NCBI GenBank assembly: GCA_044222185.1
Contig: JBGANV010000006.1
Coordinates: 128,001-192,000, forward strand
Source: Planctomycetota bacterium
Lineage (GTDB): Bacteria > Planctomycetota > GCA-002687715 > CAIWVZ01
Direction of reading: 5' to 3'
Length of the DNA: 64,000 nt
The notes below the pieces were generated by a model. That model was not told where the DNA came from. It searched no databases and saw only the letters and a list, made by a program, of their open reading frames with translations. Positions 27,562-35,921 of the stretch are shown here, piece after piece; the stretch's first letter is position 1; each line of letters starts with the position of its first letter. Both the position numbers and the translations under genes were made by a program.

Positions 27562-27951
27562 TCAGGCCGGGTCGACGATCAGGAACCCGCCGGTGTACCG
27601 GGCACAGACCTTGCCCCCTTCATCCGTGAGGGTTGCGTCGACGACGAGGCGGCGACGACCCCGGTGGACGATGACGGCTTGCGCCTCGCAGCGGCCCGCT
27701 GGGACGGGCCGCAGGAACTGAACGGTGAACTCCGTCGACGTGAACACGCACCCCGCCGGGAGCGTCGCAAAGCAGGCGCAGGCGGCGGCCGAGTCCAGGA
27801 GCGTGGAGATGACCCCGCCGTGAGTGAGACCGTGGACCTGCGTGTGCTGACCCGTCACGGTCATGGCGAGTCGGGCGCGGCCCTCCATCGCTTCGACGAC
27901 TTCGACGCCGAGCGAGCGGAGGAACGGAGCTTCCGTGAACGGGTGCGGCAC
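27562..27951 (-). CDS. PaaI-family thioesterase
   Basis: HGLTHGGVISTLLDSA, VQFLRPV hotdog-fold motifs. Confidence 0.9.
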   Translation of the reverse strand: MPHPFTEAPFLRSLGVEVVEAMEGRARLAMTVTGQHTQVHGLTHGGVISTLLDSAAACACFATLPAGCVFTSTEFTVQFLRPVPAGRCEAQAVIVHRGRRRLVVDATLTDEGGKVCARYTGGFLIVDPA

Positions 27952-27955
27952 GGCG

Positions 27956-28627
27956 TCACCCGAAGCGGTGGAAGATGTCGAGCATGCGTTGCCCGTCGCG
28001 GAGCAGGTACGCCGGGATGTGGAACACGCCGATCATCGCGTCGACGACGAACCAGAACTTCCGAGAGAACTGGGGGACGCCCACGAAGAGGGCGAGCACG
28101 ATGAACATGGAGTACGCGCCGAAACGGTTCGCTGCGACCTGCACGTCGCGGGGGAGCCACGGGGCGATGGCGCCGAATCCGTCGAGTCCGGGGATCGGGA
28201 GGAGGTTCAGCACGACGGCGCACGCCTGGAGTTCGCAGCAGATGGCGAGGATCGGCCAGACGGCGCCGGTCGATTCTCCGCCGCTGAAATCTTTGAACGC
28301 GAACGGAAGCCCGAGCACGAGGCACATGACGACGTTCGCGGCTGGACCGGCGAGGCTCACCGCCGATCGCCATCCCTTCGATCGCAACCGCCACGTTTCG
28401 ATCCACACGGCACCACCTGGCAAGGCGAAGCCACCGACCATCATGGCGGCGACGGGCCAGAGAATGCTCTGGACCGGGTTCATGTAGTGGAGCGGATTGA
28501 ACGAGAGATAGCCCTTGTCCCTCACCGTGTAGTCTCCGCCAGCGAATGCGACGCGGGCATGGAAGTACTCGTGAAGGCAGAGCGAGAAGATCCAGATCAT
28601 GAGGATCGCGAGAAACGGTCCGATCAT
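27956..28627 (-). CDS. Site-2 protease, M50 family
   Basis: HEYFH, SLAGPAAN, NLLPIPGLDG. Confidence 0.93.
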   Translation of the reverse strand: MIGPFLAILMIWIFSLCLHEYFHARVAFAGGDYTVRDKGYLSFNPLHYMNPVQSILWPVAAMMVGGFALPGGAVWIETWRLRSKGWRSAVSLAGPAANVVMCLVLGLPFAFKDFSGGESTGAVWPILAICCELQACAVVLNLLPIPGLDGFGAIAPWLPRDVQVAANRFGAYSMFIVLALFVGVPQFSRKFWFVVDAMIGVFHIPAYLLRDGQRMLDIFHRFG

Positions 28628-28634
28628 GGTTCGC

Positions 28635-29096
28635 TCAAAATGGGAGTTTGGGGTCGAGACGGGCGTCGGAGACGTCCGCGTACGTGAGGTCAAAAACGTC
28701 ACCACGCTCGAGCTTCAAGCGAAAGCCCGACGTGTCGGCGCGCTCGAGCATGCCGACGACGACGCGGTCCTTCGCCGTCGGGTCGCGGCGAACGATGCGG
28801 ATCCGCTCGCCGACGAAGCGGATGAAGTGGGCCGGCGTTCGCAGGGGACGGAGCGCGCCCGGCGACTCCACGTCGACGGACCAGTCGTCCACGGCGATGC
28901 CGGCGTCCGTCAGCTTGTTGCGAAGGTAGAGGTTGAAGCGCGCGATCTCGTCGACGCTGACGCGACCGGAGTTCTTGTCGATGACGACGTGGAGACTGCG
29001 GTCCTGGCCGATGCGGAGATCGAAGAGCTCGTACCGCGATTCGGCGACGACGCGTTCGACCTCCTGCTTGACCATCTCCTTCTCACGGTTGTTCAC
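28635..29096 (-). CDS. rimP: Ribosome maturation factor RimP
   Basis: LHVVIDK...VSVDE, VESPGALRPL...HFIRFVG, C-terminal ARLDPKLPF. Confidence 0.88.
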   Translation of the reverse strand: MNNREKEMVKQEVERVVAESRYELFDLRIGQDRSLHVVIDKNSGRVSVDEIARFNLYLRNKLTDAGIAVDDWSVDVESPGALRPLRTPAHFIRFVGERIRIVRRDPTAKDRVVVGMLERADTSGFRLKLERGDVFDLTYADVSDARLDPKLPF

Positions 29097-29192
29097 TCGA
29101 ACTCTCCCGCCTTCTGGCCCGTCACGCGGCGCGAAGACGCGGGACGATAACCCCGACGCCGGGGGCCCCGTAGCTCGGAGGCCGACGCAGGG

Positions 29193-31121
29193 TCAGGGGA
29201 CGTCGACGCGCGGCGACGGATCCTCATAGACGAGCGTCTTGCCGTCGGGCGACGTGGCCACGCGACGAAGGTCGCCGAGGGACTCGGGCCACCCGTCGCG
29301 TGCGACGGTGTCCATCTCGTCCAGGTGGATGACCCAGAAGCGGGCGCCGAGGTGCCGCACGGCGGATATCGACGCCGGATCGAGGCGCCCGTCGCGGATC
29401 AGGGAAACCTCTGCGGCGCGCATGTACACGTCGACGAAATCGGGGTGAACGCCGGCCCAGCCGTTCACGGTGGGTCGGCCATGGAAAAAGCGCGAGTAGA
29501 CCCGGCGCATGGCGATGGCCGGGCGATCGAGTCGCAAGGGGAGCTCGACGACGGCACCCTCGCCCGGGACCTGCTTCAGGAAGAGGTCGACGAGGCGGGC
29601 CTCGATCGCTTGCGACCGGATCGGGGGCGCCGCGAGGCGGAAGTGTTCCGCCGTCACGCAGTCGAACAGGAGGGCCGCGACGGCGATCCACGGGACGACG
29701 CGCCAGGGGCCCGCGCGAAAACGCGACAGCACGCATGCGGCGGAACCGCCGACGCCGAACGCCGCCATGACGCCCCACCTGGCGACGGCGCGGATCCCTT
29801 CGAACCCGGGCGCGCGAAGGAGCGGCAGAAGCGGCGACGCCCTCGCCGGGCGCGTCGCGGACCAGAGCGGCCCGAACGTCATCGCGAGCGTGAGTGCGCC
29901 CAGGCCGAGGAACATCACGGCGGGTTCACGCCAGACGCGGCGGATGCGACCCCACGAGGCCAGCACGAGCAGGAGGATCGACGCCCAGCATGTGAAGGCC
30001 GCCGTCCAGTCCAGCGTGACGCCGTCGATCGTGCGCCCGAGCGAGAGCCACGCGATGCCCAGGATCGCAGCGCCGGCGACGGCGCCGACGGCGCGCGGTT
30101 TCCAACGCTGGGCCGGGTTGGCGACGGCCGGATCGTGCTTGGATCTGGCGGCGAGGATCGCGAGCGTCGCCGCACCGGCGCCCGCGACCAGCGCGGCGAG
30201 CGGCACGAGCCCCGGGATCGTCTCCGCCTCGACGCGGCTCATGCGGGCGTCGCCGAGGAGCCATTGCGCGGTCGCGGACCAGCGGCACGCGATGACCGCG
30301 TCGACGTTCGCGACCGATCCCGCTTGCATGGTGAGGTCACGGTGCGATCCCACGCTCCGCAGGGCGAGCATCAGCGGAATGAACGCCGTCGCCATGCCGA
30401 TCGATGCGATCACGGCGACGAGCGCGATCCTTCGCCAGGCGTCGCGCGTGATCCCATGCGTCGTCGCGAGCCAGGCGAAGAGGGCTGCGAGGAACGTCCC
30501 GCCCATCACCGTCAGGTGCGCAGAGGACCATGCGAGCCAGGCGACGACCGTGCCCAGCACGGCCGCGCGAATCCAACCGGACCGGCGGACCACGTCGATC
30601 AGGAGCCCGCCCGCGAGCGGAACGAGCCAGAACGGCCAGAAGAACGGCCGCGGCATCACGCCGAACCAGGCCGCCGAAAGACCCAACGACGCCGTGCCGA
30701 AGAACGCTCCGACGCGCGAGCAGTCGAGCTTGCGCAGGAACCAGTACGTCGTGATCCAGCCGGCGCACAGAAACAACGGTGCCGCGAGACCGATCACCTT
30801 GAACGGATCCTCGAGCCACAACCACAGCGGTAGCACCACGACGGACGTGGCCCAGGTCGGCTCGGTGTAGAGAAGCGACGACTGGTGCTTGGGGAAGAAG
30901 AACCCGCCGTCGAAGAACCCGCTTGTGTCCACGCCCGTGAGCTTCAGGCATTCGACCTTCAGCATGTAGCCGTAGAGCATGGAGTCGGCGCCGTCGCCCA
31001 TGTCGCCCGCGTTCATGCCGAACGCGACGACGAACTTGATCCACGGCCAGCTCACGACGAGCGCGGCGAGGCCGATCGCGGCGAGTTCGAGGGCGGGAAG
31101 TAGGTTTTGGCGCCGGTTCAC
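29193..31121 (-). CDS. Multi-TM membrane protein, YfhO/GT-C-like glycosyltransferase
   Basis: FFDGGFFFP...LLYTE, ~12 TM helices, GFEGIRAVARW, GAVVELP...HGRPTVNGWAG. Start uncertain (GTG 31121). Confidence 0.7.
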   Translation of the reverse strand: MNRRQNLLPALELAAIGLAALVVSWPWIKFVVAFGMNAGDMGDGADSMLYGYMLKVECLKLTGVDTSGFFDGGFFFPKHQSSLLYTEPTWATSVVVLPLWLWLEDPFKVIGLAAPLFLCAGWITTYWFLRKLDCSRVGAFFGTASLGLSAAWFGVMPRPFFWPFWLVPLAGGLLIDVVRRSGWIRAAVLGTVVAWLAWSSAHLTVMGGTFLAALFAWLATTHGITRDAWRRIALVAVIASIGMATAFIPLMLALRSVGSHRDLTMQAGSVANVDAVIACRWSATAQWLLGDARMSRVEAETIPGLVPLAALVAGAGAATLAILAARSKHDPAVANPAQRWKPRAVGAVAGAAILGIAWLSLGRTIDGVTLDWTAAFTCWASILLLVLASWGRIRRVWREPAVMFLGLGALTLAMTFGPLWSATRPARASPLLPLLRAPGFEGIRAVARWGVMAAFGVGGSAACVLSRFRAGPWRVVPWIAVAALLFDCVTAEHFRLAAPPIRSQAIEARLVDLFLKQVPGEGAVVELPLRLDRPAIAMRRVYSRFFHGRPTVNGWAGVHPDFVDVYMRAAEVSLIRDGRLDPASISAVRHLGARFWVIHLDEMDTVARDGWPESLGDLRRVATSPDGKTLVYEDPSPRVDVP

Positions 31122-31230
31122 GTGGTCGCGGATCGTAGGGGCCACGAGGAATCGCGCCAACCCTCGCGGTTCCCGCGCGACGGCGGCGCTGCTAACAGGC
31201 TCCCTCGCGCGGCCCGCCGTGCGCAAACCC

Positions 31231-32307
31231 ATGGAACTCACCGAACGACTTCGAGACGCCGTGGTCATGGCACCCATGACCAAGGGCGGAAACACCCCGT
31301 ACCGGCGTCTGTGTCAGGCGTTCGGCGCCACGTTGACGATGGGGGAGATGGCGGTCGCGCGCCAGCTCCTGAAGGGCGTGCGCAGCGAGTTCGCCCTCAT
31401 CCGGCGGGGCGCTGACGAGCGGTTCTTCGGAGTCCAACTCGCAGGCAACGACCCGGAGGAGATGGCGGAGGCCTCCAAGCTCGTCGCCGAGCGCGGCGCC
31501 GACCTCGTCGATTTGAACTGCGGGTGTCCGATCGACTTGATGACGCGGCGAGGACTCGGGTCCGCGCTCCTTCGGCGGCCGACGAAGCTGCGGCGGATCG
31601 TCGAGGCGATGAGTCAGGCCGTGAGCATCCCCGTGACCGTGAAGATCCGGTTGGGCTGGAGCGAGGACGACCTGAACTACCTCACGATCGCCAAGGCGGC
31701 CGTGGAAGGGGGAGCCAAAGCCATCACGGTTCACGGCCGCACCCGGACGCAGCGCTACCGCAAGAGCGCATCCTGGGAGGCCGTGGGCGAGGTCGTCGCC
31801 GCCGTTCCGGTCCCGGTGATCGGCAACGGTGACATCCTCTTTGCGAGAGACATCGAGGAGTTTCGGCGCCGGTCGAACTGCGCGGGAGTGATGGTGGCCC
31901 GTGGCGCACTCATCAAACCGTGGGTCTTCCGCGAGGCCGCGACGCGGCAGGACGAGGATCCCACGGCCGAGGAGCGGCTCGCCATCTACCGCCAGTACGC
32001 CGAGCTCGCCGCCGAGCACTTCGGTCGCGACGAGCGAGGGCAGAAGCGCGTTCGCGAGTTCCTCTCCTGGCACGTGGGGTTCTGGTGCCGGCACGTTCCG
32101 CGGCGGCCCGACGGAACCTACCCGGCGATGCAGGAGCGCGAAGAGCACTTCGAGCCGCGTTCGGAGCTCGAGGGCCTCCTCAGCCGCAACGACCCCGCCG
32201 CCTGCGAGTGGGTGACGACGCTGATCATCGACGGCATCGAGAAGGCCGGCCCGCCGCCGCCTCCGCCGTCCGGTGAGTCCGAGCGAGAGTTGATCCCCGA
32301 AGGTTGA
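31231..32307 (+). CDS. dus: tRNA-dihydrouridine synthase (DUS3-like)
   Basis: MAPM, GEMA, FGVQL, DLNCGCP (catalytic Cys), VTVKIRLG, HGRT, GNGDI, ARGALIKPW. Confidence 0.93.
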   Translation: MELTERLRDAVVMAPMTKGGNTPYRRLCQAFGATLTMGEMAVARQLLKGVRSEFALIRRGADERFFGVQLAGNDPEEMAEASKLVAERGADLVDLNCGCPIDLMTRRGLGSALLRRPTKLRRIVEAMSQAVSIPVTVKIRLGWSEDDLNYLTIAKAAVEGGAKAITVHGRTRTQRYRKSASWEAVGEVVAAVPVPVIGNGDILFARDIEEFRRRSNCAGVMVARGALIKPWVFREAATRQDEDPTAEERLAIYRQYAELAAEHFGRDERGQKRVREFLSWHVGFWCRHVPRRPDGTYPAMQEREEHFEPRSELEGLLSRNDPAACEWVTTLIIDGIEKAGPPPPPPSGESERELIPEG

Positions 32308-32798
32308 TCGGAGCGCCAAGCTCCGCTTGGCCGGACCGGCAAGGCTCCCGCCTTGCCGTGAACGTCGACGACCACCCGCTCGCCCCGATCCGTGTCACCT
32401 CCCCCGATCAACGCAGTCCGCCAACCCGCGGCAGGGCAGGAGCCCTGCCAACCGGCCGCGTGGAACGCGGCGTTCCGCCTTGCGACGGTCGACGTGCGCC
32501 CGCTCACCCCGCTGCGTGTCGCCACGAGCGTCGGAGCGCCAAGCTCCGCTTGGCCGGACCGGCAAGGCTCCCGCCTTGCCGTGAACGTCGACGACCACTC
32601 GCTCGCCCCGATCCGTGTCACCTCCCCCGATCAACGCAATCCGCCAACCCGCGGCAGGGCAGGAGCCCTGCCAACCGGCCGCGTGGAACGCGGCGTTCCG
32701 CCGTGCGACGGCCGACGTGCGTCCGCTCACCCCGACGCGTGTCACCTCCACCGAACGATGCAACCCGCCAACCCCGCGGCAGGGCTCGCGCCCTGCCG
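32308..32798. repeat. Tandem 223-bp duplication of a REPIN-like unit (two inverted double-hairpins) plus a partial third hairpin
   Basis: TCGGAGCGCCAAGCTCCGCTTGG at 32308 and 32531. Hairpins CCAAGC/GCTTGG, CGGCAAGGC/GCCTTGCCG, GGCAGGGC/GCCCTGCC and CCGCGT/ACGCGG. Confidence 0.92.
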
Positions 32799-32847
32799 AA
32801 CCGCGCGCGCTGCGCTTTCTCGCGGGCCGTGGCACACTGGCGACATC

Positions 32848-33678
32848 ATGCCGCCAACACTTCGGCTGTCGTGCGCCCAGTGCGAGGTCGACCTCCTGGA
32901 CGTTCCGCGCAACGTCGAGCGCGCCGTCGCGATCATCCGGGAGGAGGCCGCGCGGGGCGCGCAACTCGTCGTCTTCCCCGAGTTGTCGCTGACGGGCTAC
33001 GTCATGGAGACGAGGGACGACGCCGCGCGCGTCGCGCAGCCGGTGCCGGGTCCCGCGACCGCATCGATCGCCGCCGTCTGCCGCGAGACCGGCGTGTGGG
33101 CCGTCGTGGGGCTGATCGAGCGCGGCCCCGACGGCCGCCTCTTCAACGCGTCGGTCTTCATCGCCCCGGACGGCGTGCGGGCCACGTACCGCAAGACGCA
33201 TCTGCCGAAGATGGGGATCGACCGGTTCCTCGATCGCGGCGACGCGCTGCTGGACCCCATCGAGATCCACGGCGTGCGCGTCTCGTGCCTCATCTGCTAC
33301 GACGGCACGTTCCCCGAGCCGACGCGCGTCCTGGCGCTCCGCGGCGCGGACCTGGTGCTCTTGCCGACGAACTGGCCCGACGACGAGTGCGCCAAGGGAC
33401 ACTTCATGCCGGCGACGCGCGCACTGGAGAACGTGATCTGGTTCGCCGCAACCAATAGGGTGCGCACCGAGCGCGAGATCGAGTTCCGAGGTCAATCCTC
33501 GATCTGCGACCCCGGTGGGAAGGTCGTCGCCAAGGCCGGCGACGGGCCGTGCGTCATCCGCGCCGAAGTCGATGCGGCCGTCTCTCGGGCCAAGGTCCGC
33601 TCGACTCGCGACGGCGCCTTGTCCGTCGACCGCATGGGCGATCGGCGTCCCGACCTTTATCGCCTGATCACCGCGTAG
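32848..33678 (+). CDS. Carbon-nitrogen hydrolase (nitrilase superfamily)
   Basis: E-K-C triad: VFPELSLTGY, YRKTHL, LICYD; ATRALEN. Confidence 0.93.
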   Translation: MPPTLRLSCAQCEVDLLDVPRNVERAVAIIREEAARGAQLVVFPELSLTGYVMETRDDAARVAQPVPGPATASIAAVCRETGVWAVVGLIERGPDGRLFNASVFIAPDGVRATYRKTHLPKMGIDRFLDRGDALLDPIEIHGVRVSCLICYDGTFPEPTRVLALRGADLVLLPTNWPDDECAKGHFMPATRALENVIWFAATNRVRTEREIEFRGQSSICDPGGKVVAKAGDGPCVIRAEVDAAVSRAKVRSTRDGALSVDRMGDRRPDLYRLITA

Positions 33679-33690
33679 CGGCGGGGCGCG

Positions 33691-34410
33691 TCACACCGCG
33701 CGCTCCCACGCGCCGCTTTCCGAGAGCAGCTCGTGGGGGCGGAACTTCGTCTTGTAGGCCATGCGCGTGGAACCGGGCACGAAGTAACCGAGGTGCACCC
33801 AGCGGAATTCCAGCGTCCGCGCCAGGAATATCGACCAAAGGATGAACGCCGTGCCGAGCGAGCGGTCACGCAGCTCAGGGTCATATGCCGAGTAGACGAG
33901 AGAGAGCAGGTCGCTGCCCACGTCGACGATGCCGACGACGACGAGGCGTCCCTCGTGCCGTGCCGTGATCTCGATGCTCTCCACCGGCGAACGGTACAGT
34001 CCCTCCTCCAACTCGACGGGGTCGCTGCTCATCTGCCCGTCGTGGCGCGCCTCGAGGTACTTCTTGAACAGATCCGCGCGCTCGGCGTCGAAGTGCGGAG
34101 CGCCCATCATCACGTCGAGGTCGCGATTGCGCTCGAGCGCGCGCCGTTGGGCGCGATCGGGACGGAACTCGTTCACGGGGATTCGCAGCGAGCGACACGC
34201 GTTGCACCCGTCGCAATCGGTGCGATAGACGAATAGACCCGATCGGCGAAACCCGTGGTCGAGCAGCGAGGAGAATCCGTTGTCACCGGGCGGGAGGCGC
34301 GTCGCGTATGCGAAGCGCGCGCTCTTCCCGGGCAGGTACGGGCACGGGTGGGGCGGCCCCAGGACTACGGGGGCCGGGTCGCCGGGACCTTGTTGCGGAT
34401 GCTCAGACAC
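33691..34410 (-). CDS. bpt: Ate1-like aminoacyl-tRNA-protein transferase (Bpt)
   Basis: PCPYLPG, GFRRSG...YRTDCDGCNAC-x-SLRIPV, YLEARH, VYSAYDP...SLGT, HLGYFV...MAYK. Confidence 0.9.
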   Translation of the reverse strand: MSEHPQQGPGDPAPVVLGPPHPCPYLPGKSARFAYATRLPPGDNGFSSLLDHGFRRSGLFVYRTDCDGCNACRSLRIPVNEFRPDRAQRRALERNRDLDVMMGAPHFDAERADLFKKYLEARHDGQMSSDPVELEEGLYRSPVESIEITARHEGRLVVVGIVDVGSDLLSLVYSAYDPELRDRSLGTAFILWSIFLARTLEFRWVHLGYFVPGSTRMAYKTKFRPHELLSESGAWERAV

Positions 34411-35377
34411 CCGATCGACTCCCCGCGAGTGTTTCGAGTTGCGTGTGATCGACGTTCGATCCCGTGAACACGACGACGGTGCCGAGGTCAGGGGTGACGA
34501 GTCCGTCGAGAATCGCCGCGAGCGTCACCGCGGCCGAACCCTCGAGCGCCACGCCGAGCGTTCGCCATGCGATGCCCATCGCTTCCGCGATGGCCGCTTC
34601 GCCGACCTCGTGGATGACGGGCACGTGAACGCGGCACGCTTCGAATGTGGACGCCGCGACGCCACCCTCCAATCCTTCGGCGAGCGTGGGCGCCGGAGGC
34701 CACGTCAGGTGAGGGAATCCGTCACGAAGCGACCGCGCCATGGCGGGGGACGCGGTCGACTGCGCTCCGACGATCTCCACGAGAGGGTGCGACGCGTGGA
34801 TGGTCAGCGCCATCCCGGTCGCGAGACCACCCCCGCCAACCGGGATCAGGACGCGCTCGACGTGCGGCAGTTGCGCGAGGATCTCGAGTCCGAGGGTCCC
34901 TCCGTTGCCCGCCTGTACGAGGGGGTCGTCGAACGCCGACACGAAGATCGCGTTGCGCTCGTCCGCCAGTCGCTTCGCCCGGACCTCGGCCGCGTCGTAG
35001 CCGGCCTGGTCGTGGATGATCAATTCGGCGCCGAGCTTTCGGATCCCCTCGCACTTCACGTTTGGCGTATCGCGGGGCACGACGACCGTCGCAACGATTC
35101 CGAGCTGTGCCGCGGCCCAGGCCACGCCCTTGCCGTGGTTGCCGTGCGACGCCGTGATGACGCCGGCCCGCGACTGATAGCGCTCGATGTACGCCAGCCT
35201 GGTCAGTGCTCCGCGGACCTTGAACGACCCCGTCGTCTGCAGATCGTCGCGTTTGACCCAGAACTCGTGGCCGCAGAGCGAGACTCGCTGGACCGGCGTT
35301 TGGGGGAGGGCCTCCAGCAGATTCGGGTGAAACTGCCGGGCGACGGCATCGATGGAAACCGAGGGTTCGGCGGTCAT
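34403..35377 (-). CDS. PLP-dependent threonine/serine dehydratase family protein
   Basis: KRDDLQTTGSFKVRGA, ASHGNHG, PVGGGGL, TLAEGL, EGSAA, TGSNVD. Confidence 0.92.
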   Translation of the reverse strand: MTAEPSVSIDAVARQFHPNLLEALPQTPVQRVSLCGHEFWVKRDDLQTTGSFKVRGALTRLAYIERYQSRAGVITASHGNHGKGVAWAAAQLGIVATVVVPRDTPNVKCEGIRKLGAELIIHDQAGYDAAEVRAKRLADERNAIFVSAFDDPLVQAGNGGTLGLEILAQLPHVERVLIPVGGGGLATGMALTIHASHPLVEIVGAQSTASPAMARSLRDGFPHLTWPPAPTLAEGLEGGVAASTFEACRVHVPVIHEVGEAAIAEAMGIAWRTLGVALEGSAAVTLAAILDGLVTPDLGTVVVFTGSNVDHTQLETLAGSRSGV

Positions 35378-35708
35378 GATCGGTCTCGCACATCCCCCGC
35401 GCGGCGAGGGCGGCGATGGTACCACGGCTCGAATCGGCCCGGATTTGCCCGGCTCGGGGGCCTTCGCGGCGCCCTCGAGCACCGCAGAGGCGCGCCTCGG
35501 GTCATCTTTCGTCGGTCATAACTATCGTACAGCAGCCAGATTAGGCTCCGAATCTCCGGCGCCGCCCACGTTCGCGTGAGCAAAAAAAATCGAGCGTGAA
35601 GTTTTCCTTCATGGCTGGGTTCAGGCGAGCCGATCAGTGGTCCAGCGACGGCCGCCTCGGCGTCCGGCGCGAAGAGAAGGGAACGGGCCGGTGGTTCTTG
35701 GTGATGCA

Positions 35709-35852
35709 GACACCGAGGGCCGCAAACCGGTCGACCTCGCGGGCGACACACCCGCGTGGTCATGGGGAAAACGACTCCGACGCAACGCTTCATCGAGTCG
35801 CGAACAACTCGTCAGTGTCAAGGAGAGGTCTCCCAGGACCTCTCCTTTTTTT
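35709..35852 (+). ncRNA. Candidate orphan structured RNA
   Basis: Nested stems GACAC/GTGTC, CGAG/CTCG, GACC-CGCGGG/CCCGCG-GGTC and CGACTC/GAGTCG directly followed by an intrinsic terminator; no credible + strand CDS upstream. Confidence 0.4.
35820..35852 (+). terminator. Rho-independent terminator
   Basis: AAGGAGAGGTC-TCCCAG-GACCTCTCCTT followed by a T-run (7 T). Confidence 0.8.
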
Positions 35853-35921
35853 GTTCGGGCCGCGACGGCGCCCGTCGCACGCGGTCTCGGCGCTCGACGG
35901 GAGTCCACGCGCCTCCGCCCA

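Noticed and set aside
32304-32847. N-terminal extensions of the nitrilase ORF and ORFs 32304..33458 and 32327..32584
   Set aside because: They are translations of the REPIN-like duplication; the nitrilase fold begins at ATG 32848.
35790-35815. Hammerhead ribozyme core CUGACGA on the minus strand followed by a UUCG hairpin
   Set aside because: The required GAAA after stem II is missing (it reads UCGAUGAA).
35709-35819. c-di-AMP, c-di-GMP or cobalamin riboswitch
   Set aside because: Only scattered word matches; core consensus elements are missing and there is no downstream gene on the + strand.
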